Origin: Anthoceros angustus
Lineage: Eukaryota; Plantae; Anthocerotophyta
Reading direction: 5' to 3'
Length of the DNA: 64,000 bases
NCBI GenBank assembly: GCA_010909165.1
Contig: MU008168.1
Location: 186,001 to 250,000, forward strand
The stretch's first letter is position 1, and every line of letters begins with the position of its first letter. Shown here one piece after another: positions 25,561 to 38,399 of the stretch. The notes below the pieces were generated by a model. That model worked only from the letters and a program-made list of their open reading frames with translations, had not been told where the DNA came from and did no database searches. Made by a program: the position numbers and the translations under genes.

Positions 25561-26099
25561 CAGCACGACATACTAGACATTTCGTAGGTCACGGCCATTG
25601 GCCACCATCCCACATGCCCGTCCTAGATTACTATTGTTGGTCGAAGATGGTGGTACAAGAAGACATAACAGGAGCAGGCACAGGGATTCCGTGACATCGC
25701 AGCGGCAGCGAGTTCTCGGTTCTGCGACAAGCCGGCGACCAGGATCCGATCCTCGCAGGGGTCATTAGAGCCCGCACCATTCTCTGTTAGCAAATTTATA
25801 TCCTGCAGAGTAATGAATCTGGGGCCAGAAGGCCCGATAGTTGCTCCGAGGCTGCCTCATGAAACACACATACCTTACAAGACTTCAATACATCGTGAAG
25901 ATGTGCTCTCTATGTTCAGTCGCAGTTTCCTGAGTCGGAAAGGTAAAGTTCCATCTAAGGTCTATACTACTTTTGTCACGGTATGTACTCCATGGCTAGC
26001 TATATAACAGTCTGCATACAAGGTAAGCAAGTGGGGAGTCTCATTTCCAGCATCAGCAAGGTTGTGGAATGGCATCTCCCTCGACTTGCACACTCTTTC

Positions 26100-29000
26100 C
26101 TACGTACTGAGACATGAAGTGTCCTTTGAGTAGAATATCGGGTAAAAGCTACAAAGCAGAACAAACTGGAGATTCAAGCTGGACTCTGCTCAGACTGAGC
26201 ACCGCCTGTCAGTTGAGGGTGAGGGCGTACATGGCCTGAGATCCAGAATACCTTTGGCTGTTCCCCAGCTTGCTCTTGGGTCCAAGACAAAATGCACGCC
26301 TCAGCACTCGCTTCAACGTAATCTGCGACCAAATTCAGCGATAGCTCGGTGAGAAACTTCAACTTACTCTTCCTCCAAAACGAGAGCGCGGCAGCTCAAA
26401 GACAACAGCTTTACCATAAAGCGGGGACATCTCCGAAGTCGAACGATCGCCTTTTCTGCCTTCCTCCTTTTGGCCAACGCTTGGGAACCTAGACGTGGTG
26501 ACTTGGGAGAGTCCTCCCACTCGCTCCCGCTTCCTGGGCCATCGTATATTCTGCCTGAAGGAACCCTGCCGGAGCTGAGCCTTCCAGAGCTTAACCTGCT
26601 GGAGCCCACACGCAGCTTTCTCGAGGACCTGGACCCTCTGCTGCTGGAGCCAGCCCTCAGACTAGCGAAGCTTGAGATGGACTCGGGATTCAGCTGGCCA
26701 GATTTTGGCTTGCTCTTGCCCATTTCCTCTGGCGGGGTTGATTCCAGGCGTTCTGCCTCATACCTCCCGCTGCGGTTTCGCTTCAAGCCGGGCTGCTGCT
26801 GCCCTGATAGGTCTGCCACCTCTGCCTCCCTGTCCCTCAAGAAACAGTTGCCGAGCGAGTTCTTTTGAGTCGGTGCGTCCACTGCTGGAGTCATGTTCTC
26901 CCGTTCGCAGCCACTGTGATCAACGCTGTCCTCCTTTCCTCGTTGGCTGTCGAGGTTCATGGAGCTGTTGGAAGAGCTCATCTCCGCGGGCCCAGCCAGG
27001 ATGCTGCTGGGGGAGTAGACGTCCTCAACAACGTTCTTGTTGTGAGGTTGAGAATCTGAGAAACAGCCTGCCACACAGCAGCCCAGATGGGTCCGTTAGT
27101 ACAAGAGATATGTAAGTGATGAAGCAACTACCATTCACAGGAGCCCAGCCACCGATAACATAAGAGCAAGAGATGCACTCACCCGGTTCACCATCAGCCA
27201 TGCCATGAATGTTGGGTGAAAGGCGACTCATCTCGTCCTTACTGACAGGAATGGGCAGCCTCAAAGCATGGCTGAGATGAGCAACGTCGGTCAGTGTGCA
27301 GCCAGCGTGAAGAAGGCTTTGGAGGCGGGACATGCCCTTCTTGTGGTCCGGTGAGGAAGTGCCCCCGTTCTTGGCGCCATGCCTCTTGGGAGACGCAGCA
27401 CCGCCGCGGGGAGGTTTGCTGGGTGATGCCGGGATTGAGAACCCACAACTGATGCCCGAGTCCAGCTGCTCGGGAGGAGACCTGCAATCAGGTTCTTGCA
27501 GAGGGCCTGACCCCTGTCTGCTCTGGACGCCTGACCTTGTCACTGGGCTGACAACACCGGAGTGAGAAAGAGCCCCAGACGGGAGCTGAAGCCGTGGAGG
27601 TGGTTGCAGAGAGTAGCCCGCCTGCTTCTTAACACTGACAGTGGGGGACTTGGGTTTCCCAGGAACATCTTCCCACTTGAAAGGCACAGCAGCAGACACC
27701 TTGAACGGATGAAGAAGGCTTCTGCCCAAGTCAGCACTGATGTCATCTGCGCAAACACACACAAGGTTGGAGATGTCAGACAAGCCCGCAGACTCGACAA
27801 GAAAGTTACATCAACAGGGTAAGCTTACCACATGGCAGCGTCAATCTCACCTGGATAGGGCACCGTGTCGAGGAACTTGGCAGCAGGAGAAGCAGTGAGA
27901 TCAATGTGAGCGCCATCAGTATCACTGTCAGCAAAGGAGCCATAGTAGTGCCTGGATCCCCGTGATCGCAACACGGGTACTCTCTCCAAGCTGCTCACCA
28001 CACTCGCTTCCAGGTCCGGAACCTGCCGCTCATTATGGGCAGAGGCCTTCTCTGCAGCCTCAGGGCGAGGATTCAGAGAAGCAGGTCCGCAGGTGCTCAG
28101 AGTCTTGAATGAAGGGAAGTTGTGATCAAGACAAGACGTGGCTCCAGACGAAGAAGCGAGAGCCTCGGCCTCCATTTTCCTGAAACTCGCATTCAACAGT
28201 GCTTCCAGCTTCCGCTGGCTGTTCTGCCTGCTGTCCGCCTTGGAGATCTTGCGTAGACTGCTCTCCCGCGAATCCTGCTTCGAAATCTTGCGCAGACTGG
28301 CATCAGCCGGCACCGGATCCTGCTTCAGGGGTATAGTCGACGCCGCTGCCACAGTAGGTTTAGTATCTTGGGCAGCGAAGAGGAGGACCTTGTCCGGGAT
28401 AGCACTATCGTCCATAGACCGAGACCTTCTAAGATCCTTCTTGTAGCTCCAACTCACCCTGCTCACTAGCGCCTGCACGTCCTTGCCGAAGCTCTTGAGG
28501 GAGGACGTCGAAGGGGTTGGGGACGAGACAGACGGGAGATTGCCAGCGTTCTTGGCAGCCGCCGATGGGGCGTACAACCCGCATTCTTCCTGCACCAATT
28601 CATCCTGCCCGAGAGCCTTCGACGCCTGCTTGCCACTTCTCTGAGACATCCCAACCGGCGACTTCCTGCACACGGCCTCCGCTCCCGCTTCACCGCTGAG
28701 ACGAGTAGAGCTCGGCTTCAGATCCCTCCCGGAGCCTCGCAGGGGCTTGAGAGCCGGCGCACCGAATTGGTCGCTCCCCTTGATCCCTTCCAGCGACCCT
28801 GACTTGGCCAGCCCCTTCCTCCCAGCACCACCACGGTTCTCGAAATGCGCAGCAGGCGCAACATGGACGACCTGCTTCTCCTCCGGCTGCCCAACATCAC
28901 TCACAGGGCTGCTACCGCTGCTGTTAGCAATGGACTCCTTGATAGAACTCTCCACCTTGGGAGGCAAAGGAAACACCGGCCCCTCCCGGAGCTTAGTACC

Positions 29001-30651
29001 ATTGTTCTCCATCCGGCTCCCAGCTCTGACAAGAATCTCCAGCTCCCTCATACTCTCCTCGTACACAGCATCTTCATACGTCGCATCCTCACCGTAATCC
29101 TCACCCTGATCTTGCTCATCATCGGAGCAGGCTTCCTCCACCTTCACGTCCGCAGTCCCCGTCCGAGCGTACGAGAAAGTGTTCCCGGAATAGTGACTCC
29201 CCCGCTGCAGCTCCATCGAGAATCCCCTCCGCCCAGCAGGAAGCAGAGGAACATGCGTGACGACGTTACTGGCAACCCCTCCCGCCGCCGCCGCAGCACG
29301 CCGGGTGGAGGCCCTGTTCCTGAGCAGATTAGAGAGCTCTTCCTCCAGGCTTGCGAGCTGCGACTTGCTCTGCTCTCCCTTCCCGCCTCGCACCCCCGCA
29401 TTCCCGGCATTGGACGACCTCCCGGGCGAAATGATCCCGCTCTGGTAGAAACTCCTGCCAGGAGACGGCACGAAGGCTCTCCCAGGCGAGGGCGTCCTGG
29501 CCTGCTCCCGGCTGCCAGCACCATAGCCCGCTCTGGCGGCCCACTCTTCGAACTGCCCAACACGCAGCACGTTCGGCCGGTTCCTGTCCGCGTCGTTGGA
29601 TGCAGCGTCGTGCTTGGGGCTGGGGCTCGGGGAGTAGAGAGGGCGAGACGGCAGCGGCATCGGCCCGCTGTGCCGCAGATTCCTCCGCACCCCGCCGGCA
29701 GCCGCGTCCCCGACACCCACCCCGGCGTCCCTGTCCCAGCCGATCTCCGTCCCGGCCTGCGCCCCGCTCAAATTCCTCCGCTCCCTCCTCCCGGACTCCC
29801 ATGGCAATTCGAGTCCCGCAGACGAGGTGGAGCCCGCGAAATGCAGCTCGTGCGAGCGCGACATGAGACTGGGCTTCACGGACACGCTGCTGGAGCTGGT
29901 GGAGGTGAAGGACGAGATGACCGTGGGCACTGAGGGCCGAGGGAAGGTCATGGGCTGCCGCGGCAGCACGAGCTCCGCCTCCAGCAGGTCGGAGGGGCCG
30001 TCCAGAGACTCGGACAGCTGCGACATGTGCTCCGACTCCTCCAGGATCTTCTCCAATGCCGCATGGTTCTGTTCACCCAAAGGCAGAAAATGCGGGACAG
30101 CCGCCTCCTCCTCCTCCTCCTCCTCCTCCTCCTCCACCTCCTCTTCCACTTCCACTTCCACTTCCTCTTCCTCTTCCTCTTCCACCACCTCCTCCTCCTC
30201 CTCCACCACCTCGCCCACGGCAATCACAGCCGAGGCAGGCTCTCCAGCCCAGGCCGGTTCTCCGAGAGGTCCCCGGCCATCGCACGCGTCCTCCTCGTGA
30301 GCTTGTGCACCCGCCAGCCGCTCCCGCTCCGCAGCCTCCTCTTCTTCATCCAGAGCACCCACAAGCGGAAGGCGAGCGCTTGCACCTGGCTCCGCTGCTG
30401 GAATTCCAGCTTCATCACACCCGCCAGCGGAGGCGGCGGAAGCGGAGCCTGAGGTATCGGAGTCAGGTCGGACGTCCCAGACCCGGACCCGGAGGAGGTG
30501 AGGCAGGAGCTCCCGCTCCGCCGCTGCTGCTACTCGCAGTGTCCGCCTCCAGACACCTGTCGTGCTCCTGCTCGAGCTCCCGGGCCAGCAGCTCCTCCTC
30601 CTTAACACCTTGCCGCGCGCCTGGCGCCGGGGCCGCGTACAGGACCGCCAT
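26100..30651 (-). CDS. Very long low-complexity protein with an internal DUF688-type motif (~1350 aa if one early frameshift is corrected)
   Basis: ATG at 30651 (MAVLYAAP). The 927-codon frame joins in phase 1 via intron 27850-27747 to DDISADLG...AAVPFKWEDVPGKPK, then via intron 27182-27056 to DSQPH...SPSSILAGP. It ends at 26364, or via a GTAAGT donor to a last exon 26148-26100. Confidence 0.7.
30100..30208. repeat. (TCC/TTC)n trinucleotide tract encoding poly-Glu in the minus-strand gene
   Basis: Direct reading; the minus frame gives EEEEEVVEEEEEEEVEVEVEEEVEEEEEEEEEE. Confidence 0.9.
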
Positions 30652-32544
30652 CTTCACGAACGCAGCAGCGGGGCAGCGGCAGCAGCAGCAACAGAAACCG
30701 AAGCAGCGGCCGGTCGCTTCACGTCCATCCCCCGGGCAGCGGGGCTGGCAGAGAGGGCAGAGCGCCTCGTACTTTCCCCCGCTTCCCTGCAGGGCTCGCA
30801 ATGCGAGAAGACGAAGGCAATCAAGGGCCGTGCGAGGCCGGCAGCGGGGCCGGGACAGGGACAGGGACTGGCAACCCACCACTGCAAAAGCACTGCAAAG
30901 CAACCCGTAGTCGCCCTTGCGCAACAGTCGCAGTCGTGAAATGCAATGCCGCGAGTGGAGAATTTGCTTCGAGCCCCGCCTGATTCCCGGCGCAAAGCCC
31001 GCAGTGGCTGTCAGCCCTGTCAGGCGTCGATCGTGAATGCAGGCGCAGGCGCAGGCGCAGGCGCAGGCACAGGCGCGGGAACAAGAGGGAAGACGCAGGA
31101 GGGAGCAGAAAGAGCGTGTTCGTGAGGGAAGAAGCGCGCTGCCCTGCCCGATTTCACGCGCCCGGCGATCGAACCCTCTCCCACGCAATTCTCAATATAC
31201 AACCCCTTTTTTACAACATGTTGGTATACAACACGAGAAGAAGGCGAAGAAGGAGAAGAAGGAGAAGTCTATAATAGAACCCCACTCACTCTCCCCACAC
31301 AACTCTCAGTACGCGACACTTATTTCACAACGCATTCGACGAGCTCGCGACGCCGAGGCGAGAGTCCCGTGGGAAGTCCCACGCGCTAATAAAACACGAA
31401 AGCTCACGGTACTAAAACCGGGCTCGCGGTGGCGGGTTAGGGTTAGGGGAAGCGCGCCGAGGCGTGAAGTGAATCGTGACGGCGGCATCGTAGGCCGGCA
31501 TCGATGAGGAGGGACAAGAAAAGCGAGGCAATTCGCGCAGCGGGCGCGGCTGGGAGTGGGAAAAGATTTCGGCATGCGCGACTGTCGCTGATGCGACAAA
31601 GGGGAATGGGAGGGGCTTGGCAGGCGCCGGGAGAGGGGGCCATGTGCTGATCGCATGGCCGGGGGCTATTTCCGTGAGCATCCCAGGTGATGGATAAAGG
31701 CGAGCGGGCTCGGAGGGCGGGCCGCCATGGGCCCATGGCATGTCGCGTCGCCGATGCCGTTGCCCCCTTGCCTCCTCAGCCTCATCCAGATCCAGGGCCC
31801 GCCAAACGGCCCTGGAAGCCCCAAATTCAACCACCATCCTTGCGGAACCATAACCCTTCAAACATTCCACGGCGCTTTGCTTTCCACAAGCGCGGGTACC
31901 CGAAACACGACCCAAGGGGCAGCCATTCCGGCCGTGTCATAAATGCGGGGCGGGGCGTCCGCTGCCTCCTTGTGCAAAAGGAGGCTGCAGCTGCAGGCTT
32001 TGGCGCCTCTTTACAAATCCGCCACGCGAACGTCACGCTCGCCGCGCTTCTGTCACTCCGGTTACGGAACCTGCAGGCTGCACCGGTGACCGGACTCACC
32101 GGGCAACGGTTTATGTGCATGCCATGCGCATGGTGCCGTGAGAGTTGGCCGGAATCCACCGCCCCGGACATTGGGAAACGTATATATGCCTACCGGGAAT
32201 GGGGAATGTTGGGATGGGATGGGAATGCGCGCCAACAAGCTTTTTCACTTCCTCGCACAAAATCAGTGCCAACCGTGTACTCTCTCCATCCACTCCTAAG
32301 ATGTAGGCGTTCACTGTATTGGATTTCTCACATCCCCCAACTCCCAACTCAACCTTTAGAGCTACCAACCCAAAAGACAAAAGTAGTTAATGGGACAAGA
32401 CAAGATTGCAAAAAGAGCATCCACTCTACGGCAGTGTGGTTTGGGATTTTGCACTTTTATAGAATAGGGGCTATTACCTCCACCAACACATACCCTCCAC
32501 ATAGCAGCTTCAAATCTAGATCCCAATCTCTAGGCAAGTGTGCT

Positions 32545-33010
32545 TAATAAAGTTTCTGGTAATCGAATAGGTATCTAATTCTAAATATTGAAACTATATT
32601 ATTTTAAAAATTAAGTGAAAATCTTCTTGGAAGATGCCCAAAACTGAATTGTACTAATAGGTCTCCAAAGAGAACTCTAAGAGCATTGGTCATTTTCGAT
32701 TCTTGAGAAAGAGATTTGCAATTCCAACATAACGTTGAATGAGAAGATTTTTTTGATTTTTTATTAGAAATTTTAATTAAATTTTATCAACTAGTACAAC
32801 GTAAAATCAAACTGTGACTAAATGACCAAAGTAATACCAAGCTAAGTTCTAAGACATTGAGTAAGTGGTTTTATCTTCATAATATTTATAAATAAATAAA
32901 TATTTGAAATGATTATGTTGTTTTATGAAGAACTACCTGTACTAAATGCCTATATAGGTAGTCCCTTGCCCTAACTTGGTACCTAATATGTACCTACTTA
33001 GGTGATAAGT
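32545..33010. mobile_element. AT-rich insertion, probable non-autonomous transposon
   Basis: Abrupt very AT-rich block in GC-rich surroundings with no ORF; termini not resolved. Confidence 0.35.
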
Positions 33011-35521
33011 AACCCTCGAGCAGCAGGGTTGATGTGCCGGTTAAGCGGGTGTCATCGACGTCTGTAACGGTCGGGGTCAGGTGTGACATTCCTATGCCCA
33101 CATGCCCACCGTTTGCGCAACCGTTCACAGGATCCCGGACTTGGTCACCAGGCTTCAGCCAATGGCATGGATGGACATCGAGTAGACTTGAAGATATCTT
33201 CTTGAACTTCTTGACGCCTGCAATCCTAGTAGGTAGTAGGTGTCCAGATATCTTGCGCGCTACCTTCTTGCATGAGATATTTTCATGGGCCTGGCACCAC
33301 CTCGTGGATCAGCATCAGCCTGTGATGGGACCAGGCTCGGCTCTTGCCCGTCGCCACGGCCGCTGCCGCTGGCGCTAGCCGACTTGATGAGTCGTGGTAA
33401 GTGATCACGTCGGTGCAGTGCACAAATCGTCCAGACTGAACTGGTCATTGGCTCTTGGACGACGCTGTCAGTGGGACGGGCAACAGTGCGTACGCAGCTG
33501 GTGTAGGACCGTCACATGACATGCAGCCTTTGCAGTGCCAGGGTTGGATAGGACCTCGACCTGGAGGCTGACGGGCCGGAGGATGCACAGTCAAAACGCT
33601 TTCAGGATCCAGTTCTGGTGATTAGGTATCCTAGCTGAAGCAAAGTATCGATTAGAGGGTGTGGACTGTGGAGTTCTCCATTCTCTTCGACTTTCGGCGT
33701 GCGCTCCAGTGGTGAAATGTGCTCAAGGAAAGGAGTGATTCAGCTCATGCCTAACTGCACGTGTGGTTGGCAAGGAGAAGCATGGCCATGCAGCTTGCAA
33801 AGGGATGCTGGCCAGTGGCAGAGGGAATATGGACTGTTGAAACGCAGCACAATTTGTACGTACATGGCATGGCCAAGTCCACTCCCACATGGGCCATGAG
33901 GGAGGGAGGGAGGTAGGAGGATTCCCTCCTGTCGGACGCGCCAAACGAGACTTCTCGTGGGCTGGACCATGCAGCCTGCAGACCGGACCGAGTCAAACAC
34001 AACCTACAATCACGCAGGAAAATACAAAACCCAGTTTGTCGCGGGAGAATTGAAGTTTCCTCACACTCACCCTTGTCTTCACGCAACGGGCTTGCCGGAA
34101 TCAACTCAATTCGGAGGCGCTGTGTCAAGCTCGTGGGACTTGTGATGTCTCTTCTGCCTTCGCCATCACCAGTGCCCAGTATCGTCCAGCGGCCGGCACC
34201 TGCATGTAGGCTGCAGGATGCAGAGGGCAGCCACGTCTAGGGCATGCAATCCCCGCACCGCCACAGCTATGTGCCTTGCTAATCCTTCGCTCTCAACATG
34301 ACATCCACCCATAAACGTTGAAGAATTGGCACCGTCCAGCGTACGGCGTGCCTGGTTTATATAGTTGTTCTGGGACACGGAACTGGGCTACGTACAATAC
34401 TACATTAGTCATTCACCTGATCATCTTCAGCCCTTCTGACATGTTCAGACCTGCTGCCCGCCCGGGATGTTCACAACACTCGTGGCTCCTGAGTGCTTCT
34501 GGCCAATTCTCTAAATTGCAAGAAGCTGGCAGATGGCCCTGCTGTATTGACACCTGTTCAGCACTAGGAGAAAGGTTCATCAACACTGTACGTGAGGCTC
34601 CAGGGCCTGAGGACTTGGTCCTTTACATCTCTCAACTGTTCGCAGCTTCAAGTATTATTCACCAGAGAACTGTCCTTCTCGCTCATTCATGGTGCAGGGC
34701 CCCTGTTCACGAGGGCATCAAGGCCCGGAGTCCACAAATCAGCATTTCCTTAGTAGCCAAAAGAAGCACATGGTTAGCCATTGTCCTGTACGTCTGTAAT
34801 ACCCTAACTCCAATTCGTCAGCTGACAGTGTTGCATCCCGGGGAGATGCTTTTCCTCACCATTGAATATTGTGGATCATCCCATGTACCAATCCGCCACA
34901 CCCAAGGTGACTATGTCTACAGAGAATGACATACATCATTCCCCATCCATACAAAAGCCGACCAGTAACATCCTGAATAGAAACTTGCAACACCTGCTTC
35001 TGCATTCCGGATGCTCCAGATAATGATATCTAGTCTGACAATAAGCTTCCAGGGATCAAAGCCCATGAACCAAGAAGAAACTCCACAGTACACATTTCTG
35101 TGCAACGATAACACAGTCCATTCGATAGTGTAAGAGAAAAAAGCAGCACGCACTGAGGGTCCGATTTCAGGTCGACACATAAACTGGCGAAATGCAGTAC
35201 TCTTGCCAACCTTTTCTTTGTCCAGCACGCATGTCCAGAATCGGTAACTGCAGGACTCGTAACCTCAACCGATCCTGCCGTGTCCATGTGTGGAAGCTGG
35301 CGAGTCATCATAGCAAGCAGAAAACTCCTTAGCGCTCAGTGCTTACCACTCTGTCTCCCCTTAGAAAATGGGTTTCATCCGCCACTATCAAATCTCTGCG
35401 AAATCCTGGATACAGTGATTCCAAGGATGCGAGGTTGAATGGGCACCTCTATCATCTTCCTGCACAGCGCTCCTCGCACGAACACTGAAAAGCCAAGCAG
35501 CTGATGTCGTGTCTTATGAAG

Positions 35522-35553
35522 CCCTAATGCCCTAAAACCCTAAAACCCTAAAC
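35522..35553 (+). promoter_or_regulatory. Telo-box cluster (AAACCCTA-like x3) about 200 bp upstream of mTERF
   Basis: CCCTAATGCCCTAAAACCCTAAAACCCTAAACC. Confidence 0.6.
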
Positions 35554-35750
35554 CTTTGGGCAACCTTGGCGCAATGCAAGAGCTCGCATTGCGATGGCTC
35601 GCCCGCTGGATGACCCGTCTTGTGGTGCCAGATGGTTCCTTGACGAGCTGCCGAATTGCACACTGTTTCTGCTGAAGTTTTCCTGTTCAAGGAATTGGTG
35701 AGACCTGGAAGGAGAGTCTGGGACAGGTTGGTCAGGATCCGGGAGAGTGC

Positions 35751-37430
35751 ATGAAACTCCTAGGGGCCCGGTGCAAGACCGGCCCTGGCATGGCGGCATC
35801 CTCCCTGCTTGCCTCGCTGTGCGCTGAATCTCTCCAGTCGCCTCGTGTGCAGAAATCTATGCTGTCCAGAGTGAGGTCAGGGAGCGTTCCGGATGAGAAG
35901 GCATTGCAATGTGCGGAATTGCTACGCAGGCAGTTGGCGCCCGCACCCTCGCTGAGGCAACAGTCGGCCACCACATGGGGATGGTGTGCTGGGAAATGTT
36001 ACCAGCAAGCGGGCGTGCGGAGGTATTGTGCGGAAGCTGCAGCGCGGGATGTTTCAGCCCAATCGTCGGCATTTGCGGAGCCTTCTGTCACACCCGGCGA
36101 GGTGAACACGTATGCGAAGGAGGTGTCTGGGCGGGGACAGGTGTTGGCGTACCTCAAGTCGGAAGGCGTGGACACCAACACCAAGGAGCTGCGGGAGGTG
36201 GAGCTGCCAACCACATTGGAGGTGATGCAGGAGAGAATCAAGTTTTTGAAAAAGATTGAGCTCACGGTGGATGACATCAACAACTATCCTCTCATGATTG
36301 GATGCAGCGTGAAGAAGAACATCATTCCTGTCCTTGACTACTTAGAGAACATTGGGGTGACCAGAGCTGCACTGCCTCATTTGATCAGGAAGCATCCGCA
36401 GGTGCTGCATGCTAGCGTGGTGATCGATTTGCAGCCAGTGGTGAGCTATCTCAGGGGCCTCGGCATCGACAACAAGGATATTGGGAAAGTCTTGACTCGG
36501 TACCCAGATATTCTGGGGTTTAGGATTGAAGGAACCATGAGCACTTCTATTGCGTATCTGGTCAGCCTGGGAGTGAATGTGAGAGAGGTGGGAGGAATGC
36601 TGACGGAGTACCCAGAAATTCTTGGCATGAGAGTGGGCAACAACCTCAAGCCTAAAATAGACTATTTGATCGGCCTCGGGATTCCGAAAGGTGTCATTGC
36701 AACCATTCTGGAGACAAGGCCGTTTTTGTTGGGCTTTGATCTTGACGATCAGATAAAGCCTGCTGTTGATGCCCTCCTGAAGATTGGTGTCAGGAAGGAG
36801 GTGGTGGGAGATGTTGTGGTGAGATTCCCAGACCTCCTGGGTCTGGATGTGATGGCCAAGTACAGCCCAAAGCTCACCTGGCTGATAAAGAACGCAGGGA
36901 TAAGTCAGAATGATGGTGTTGAGATCCTCGAAAAGCTTCCTCAAATACTTGTCATCAACGTGCCGCTTGCAGGCACCAGGATTACAGCTCTAAGCGAAGC
37001 AGGGTTCAGCCTCCAAGACATCAGGAAGATGGTGACCCGGTGTCCTGTCCTCCTCGGCTTGAGTGTGGAGCAGGTGTTGAAGCCTCATTTGGAGTACTGC
37101 TTGACACAAATGCAGCGACCTCTGAAGGAGCTTGTTGAATTCCCAGAGTACTTCACTTATGATCTGGAGGGAAGGGTGAAGCCCCGGCACCAGCGTATAA
37201 CCGACAAAAAGATCAAGTGCAGCCTGTCATGGTTTCTCAAGTGCAGCGATCAGCAGTTCAAGAGTAGGTTATCAGTGGATTACGTGCAGCCACCCAGCAG
37301 CGAGGATGAAGCTGACGAGCCAGAATTCAGCATGGGTGGACGTCTGCAACTGCCCGAAGACAAAGGGGATGTAGTGGATGAGGAGGAGGAAGAAGAGATC
37401 CGGAAGCTGAACATGTCTGCCAGCTCATGA
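35751..37430 (+). CDS. mTERF4: mTERF family organellar protein, mTERF4/BSM/RUG2-like; intronless, N-terminal transit-like region
   Basis: 559-aa ORF with PVLDYL...PQVLHASVVIDL.PVV.YL.GL...GFRIEGTMSTSIAYLV...YPEILGMRV...FPEYFTYDLE.RVKPRH...KCSLSWFLKCSDQQF. Confidence 0.9.
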   Translation: MKLLGARCKTGPGMAASSLLASLCAESLQSPRVQKSMLSRVRSGSVPDEKALQCAELLRRQLAPAPSLRQQSATTWGWCAGKCYQQAGVRRYCAEAAARDVSAQSSAFAEPSVTPGEVNTYAKEVSGRGQVLAYLKSEGVDTNTKELREVELPTTLEVMQERIKFLKKIELTVDDINNYPLMIGCSVKKNIIPVLDYLENIGVTRAALPHLIRKHPQVLHASVVIDLQPVVSYLRGLGIDNKDIGKVLTRYPDILGFRIEGTMSTSIAYLVSLGVNVREVGGMLTEYPEILGMRVGNNLKPKIDYLIGLGIPKGVIATILETRPFLLGFDLDDQIKPAVDALLKIGVRKEVVGDVVVRFPDLLGLDVMAKYSPKLTWLIKNAGISQNDGVEILEKLPQILVINVPLAGTRITALSEAGFSLQDIRKMVTRCPVLLGLSVEQVLKPHLEYCLTQMQRPLKELVEFPEYFTYDLEGRVKPRHQRITDKKIKCSLSWFLKCSDQQFKSRLSVDYVQPPSSEDEADEPEFSMGGRLQLPEDKGDVVDEEEEEEIRKLNMSASS

Positions 37431-37859
37431 AGCTGACCTAGTGCAGTGGGAAACGAAGCATGGGCACACTGGTGAAAAACTGAGCGGAAGCCACGTGCAA
37501 ATTCATCCTTCTCAAGTCCAGCTCCCTGATCTCGGATCGGCCTGGAATGGCTTTTCGTGTGGGAGGATCTAATGACGGTCCTCCTGTGTATGGAGTGATG
37601 GAGACGGATGCATTCATCACCTGCAGCAGGTCATTCTCTACCTTTACGCCACTGCGAGAGATACGAGATGTGTTTGTGCAAGCAAGCGTCGTCTTTAATT
37701 CTGCGGCATTTTGAAAGGTCGCCTGAGTTCGTCGTAGCTGCTAGCCTAGCCCTCGCTGCACATCTAGGACTCTTACGGGTGATGCTGTAGACAAGTTGAA
37801 AACCTATATGTTCCTAACCTTGAAGACCAATATGACCGATATGTTCCTAACTTATCTTC

Positions 37860-38390
37860 CAGCTCCCGAATTGCAACCAAGGATGCAGGCACTGGAAGCT
37901 CTTCGCCTCAAAATCAAACTCCTTGTAGTGGTAGGAGGGAAGCCACCTCCAAGCAGCAGGCGTTCGTCTGAAATTCACAGCCGCGATCCTGTTCAGGCTT
38001 TCCTTTTCTGCATGATGTATGTCTCGTCCTGTCCCGCCACGGCCCTGATGCGCTGGGAATCGGAGTTAAGGAGTGATGACAGAATCCGATCCGGAAGAAA
38101 CCGAACATGGGGGCGGGCATAGCGTCCACCGCCATCCAGGTCATGCCCGCGAAGTCCAGCTCCAATATCCACACGCCTCTGGAGCACCTCCCGGTCCGCG
38201 CCTGGGGCTACACAGAGCAGCCGGCCCCGCACGCTGATGAGGTTGGCGTACACGATGGCGAAGAGGCCAGGCGTCGCCACGGACAACAAGCTCCATTTGG
38301 AGCGCTCCAGGTCGTAAGTCAGGAGGTTGCCGCCAAGATATCCGCAATAGAGAACGGTGCCCACAAACACTCATCGCCCTTGCCCGGACA
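37860..38390 (-). pseudogene. F-box/kelch-type gene, 3' half only
   Basis: MFVGTVLYCGYLGGNLLTYDLERSKW...NLISVRGRLL and WILELDFAGMTWMAVDAMP are paralogous to 40455-40829. The 5' half is replaced by AT-rich DNA from ~38400. Confidence 0.75.
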
Positions 38391-38399
38391 GAGAAACGA

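Noticed and set aside
31433-31450. Interstitial telomere (GGGTTAGGGTTAGGG)
   Set aside because: Only 2-3 units; at most a telo-box-like motif.
28138-31507. Long plus-strand ORFs (28845-29933, poly-Pro 30056-30910, 31037-31507)
   Set aside because: Antisense shadows of GC-rich coding DNA and simple repeats.
33150-33330. BED zinc finger / hAT fragment (CKKVARKISGHLL)
   Set aside because: Ligand spacing is not conserved and there are no other hAT motifs.
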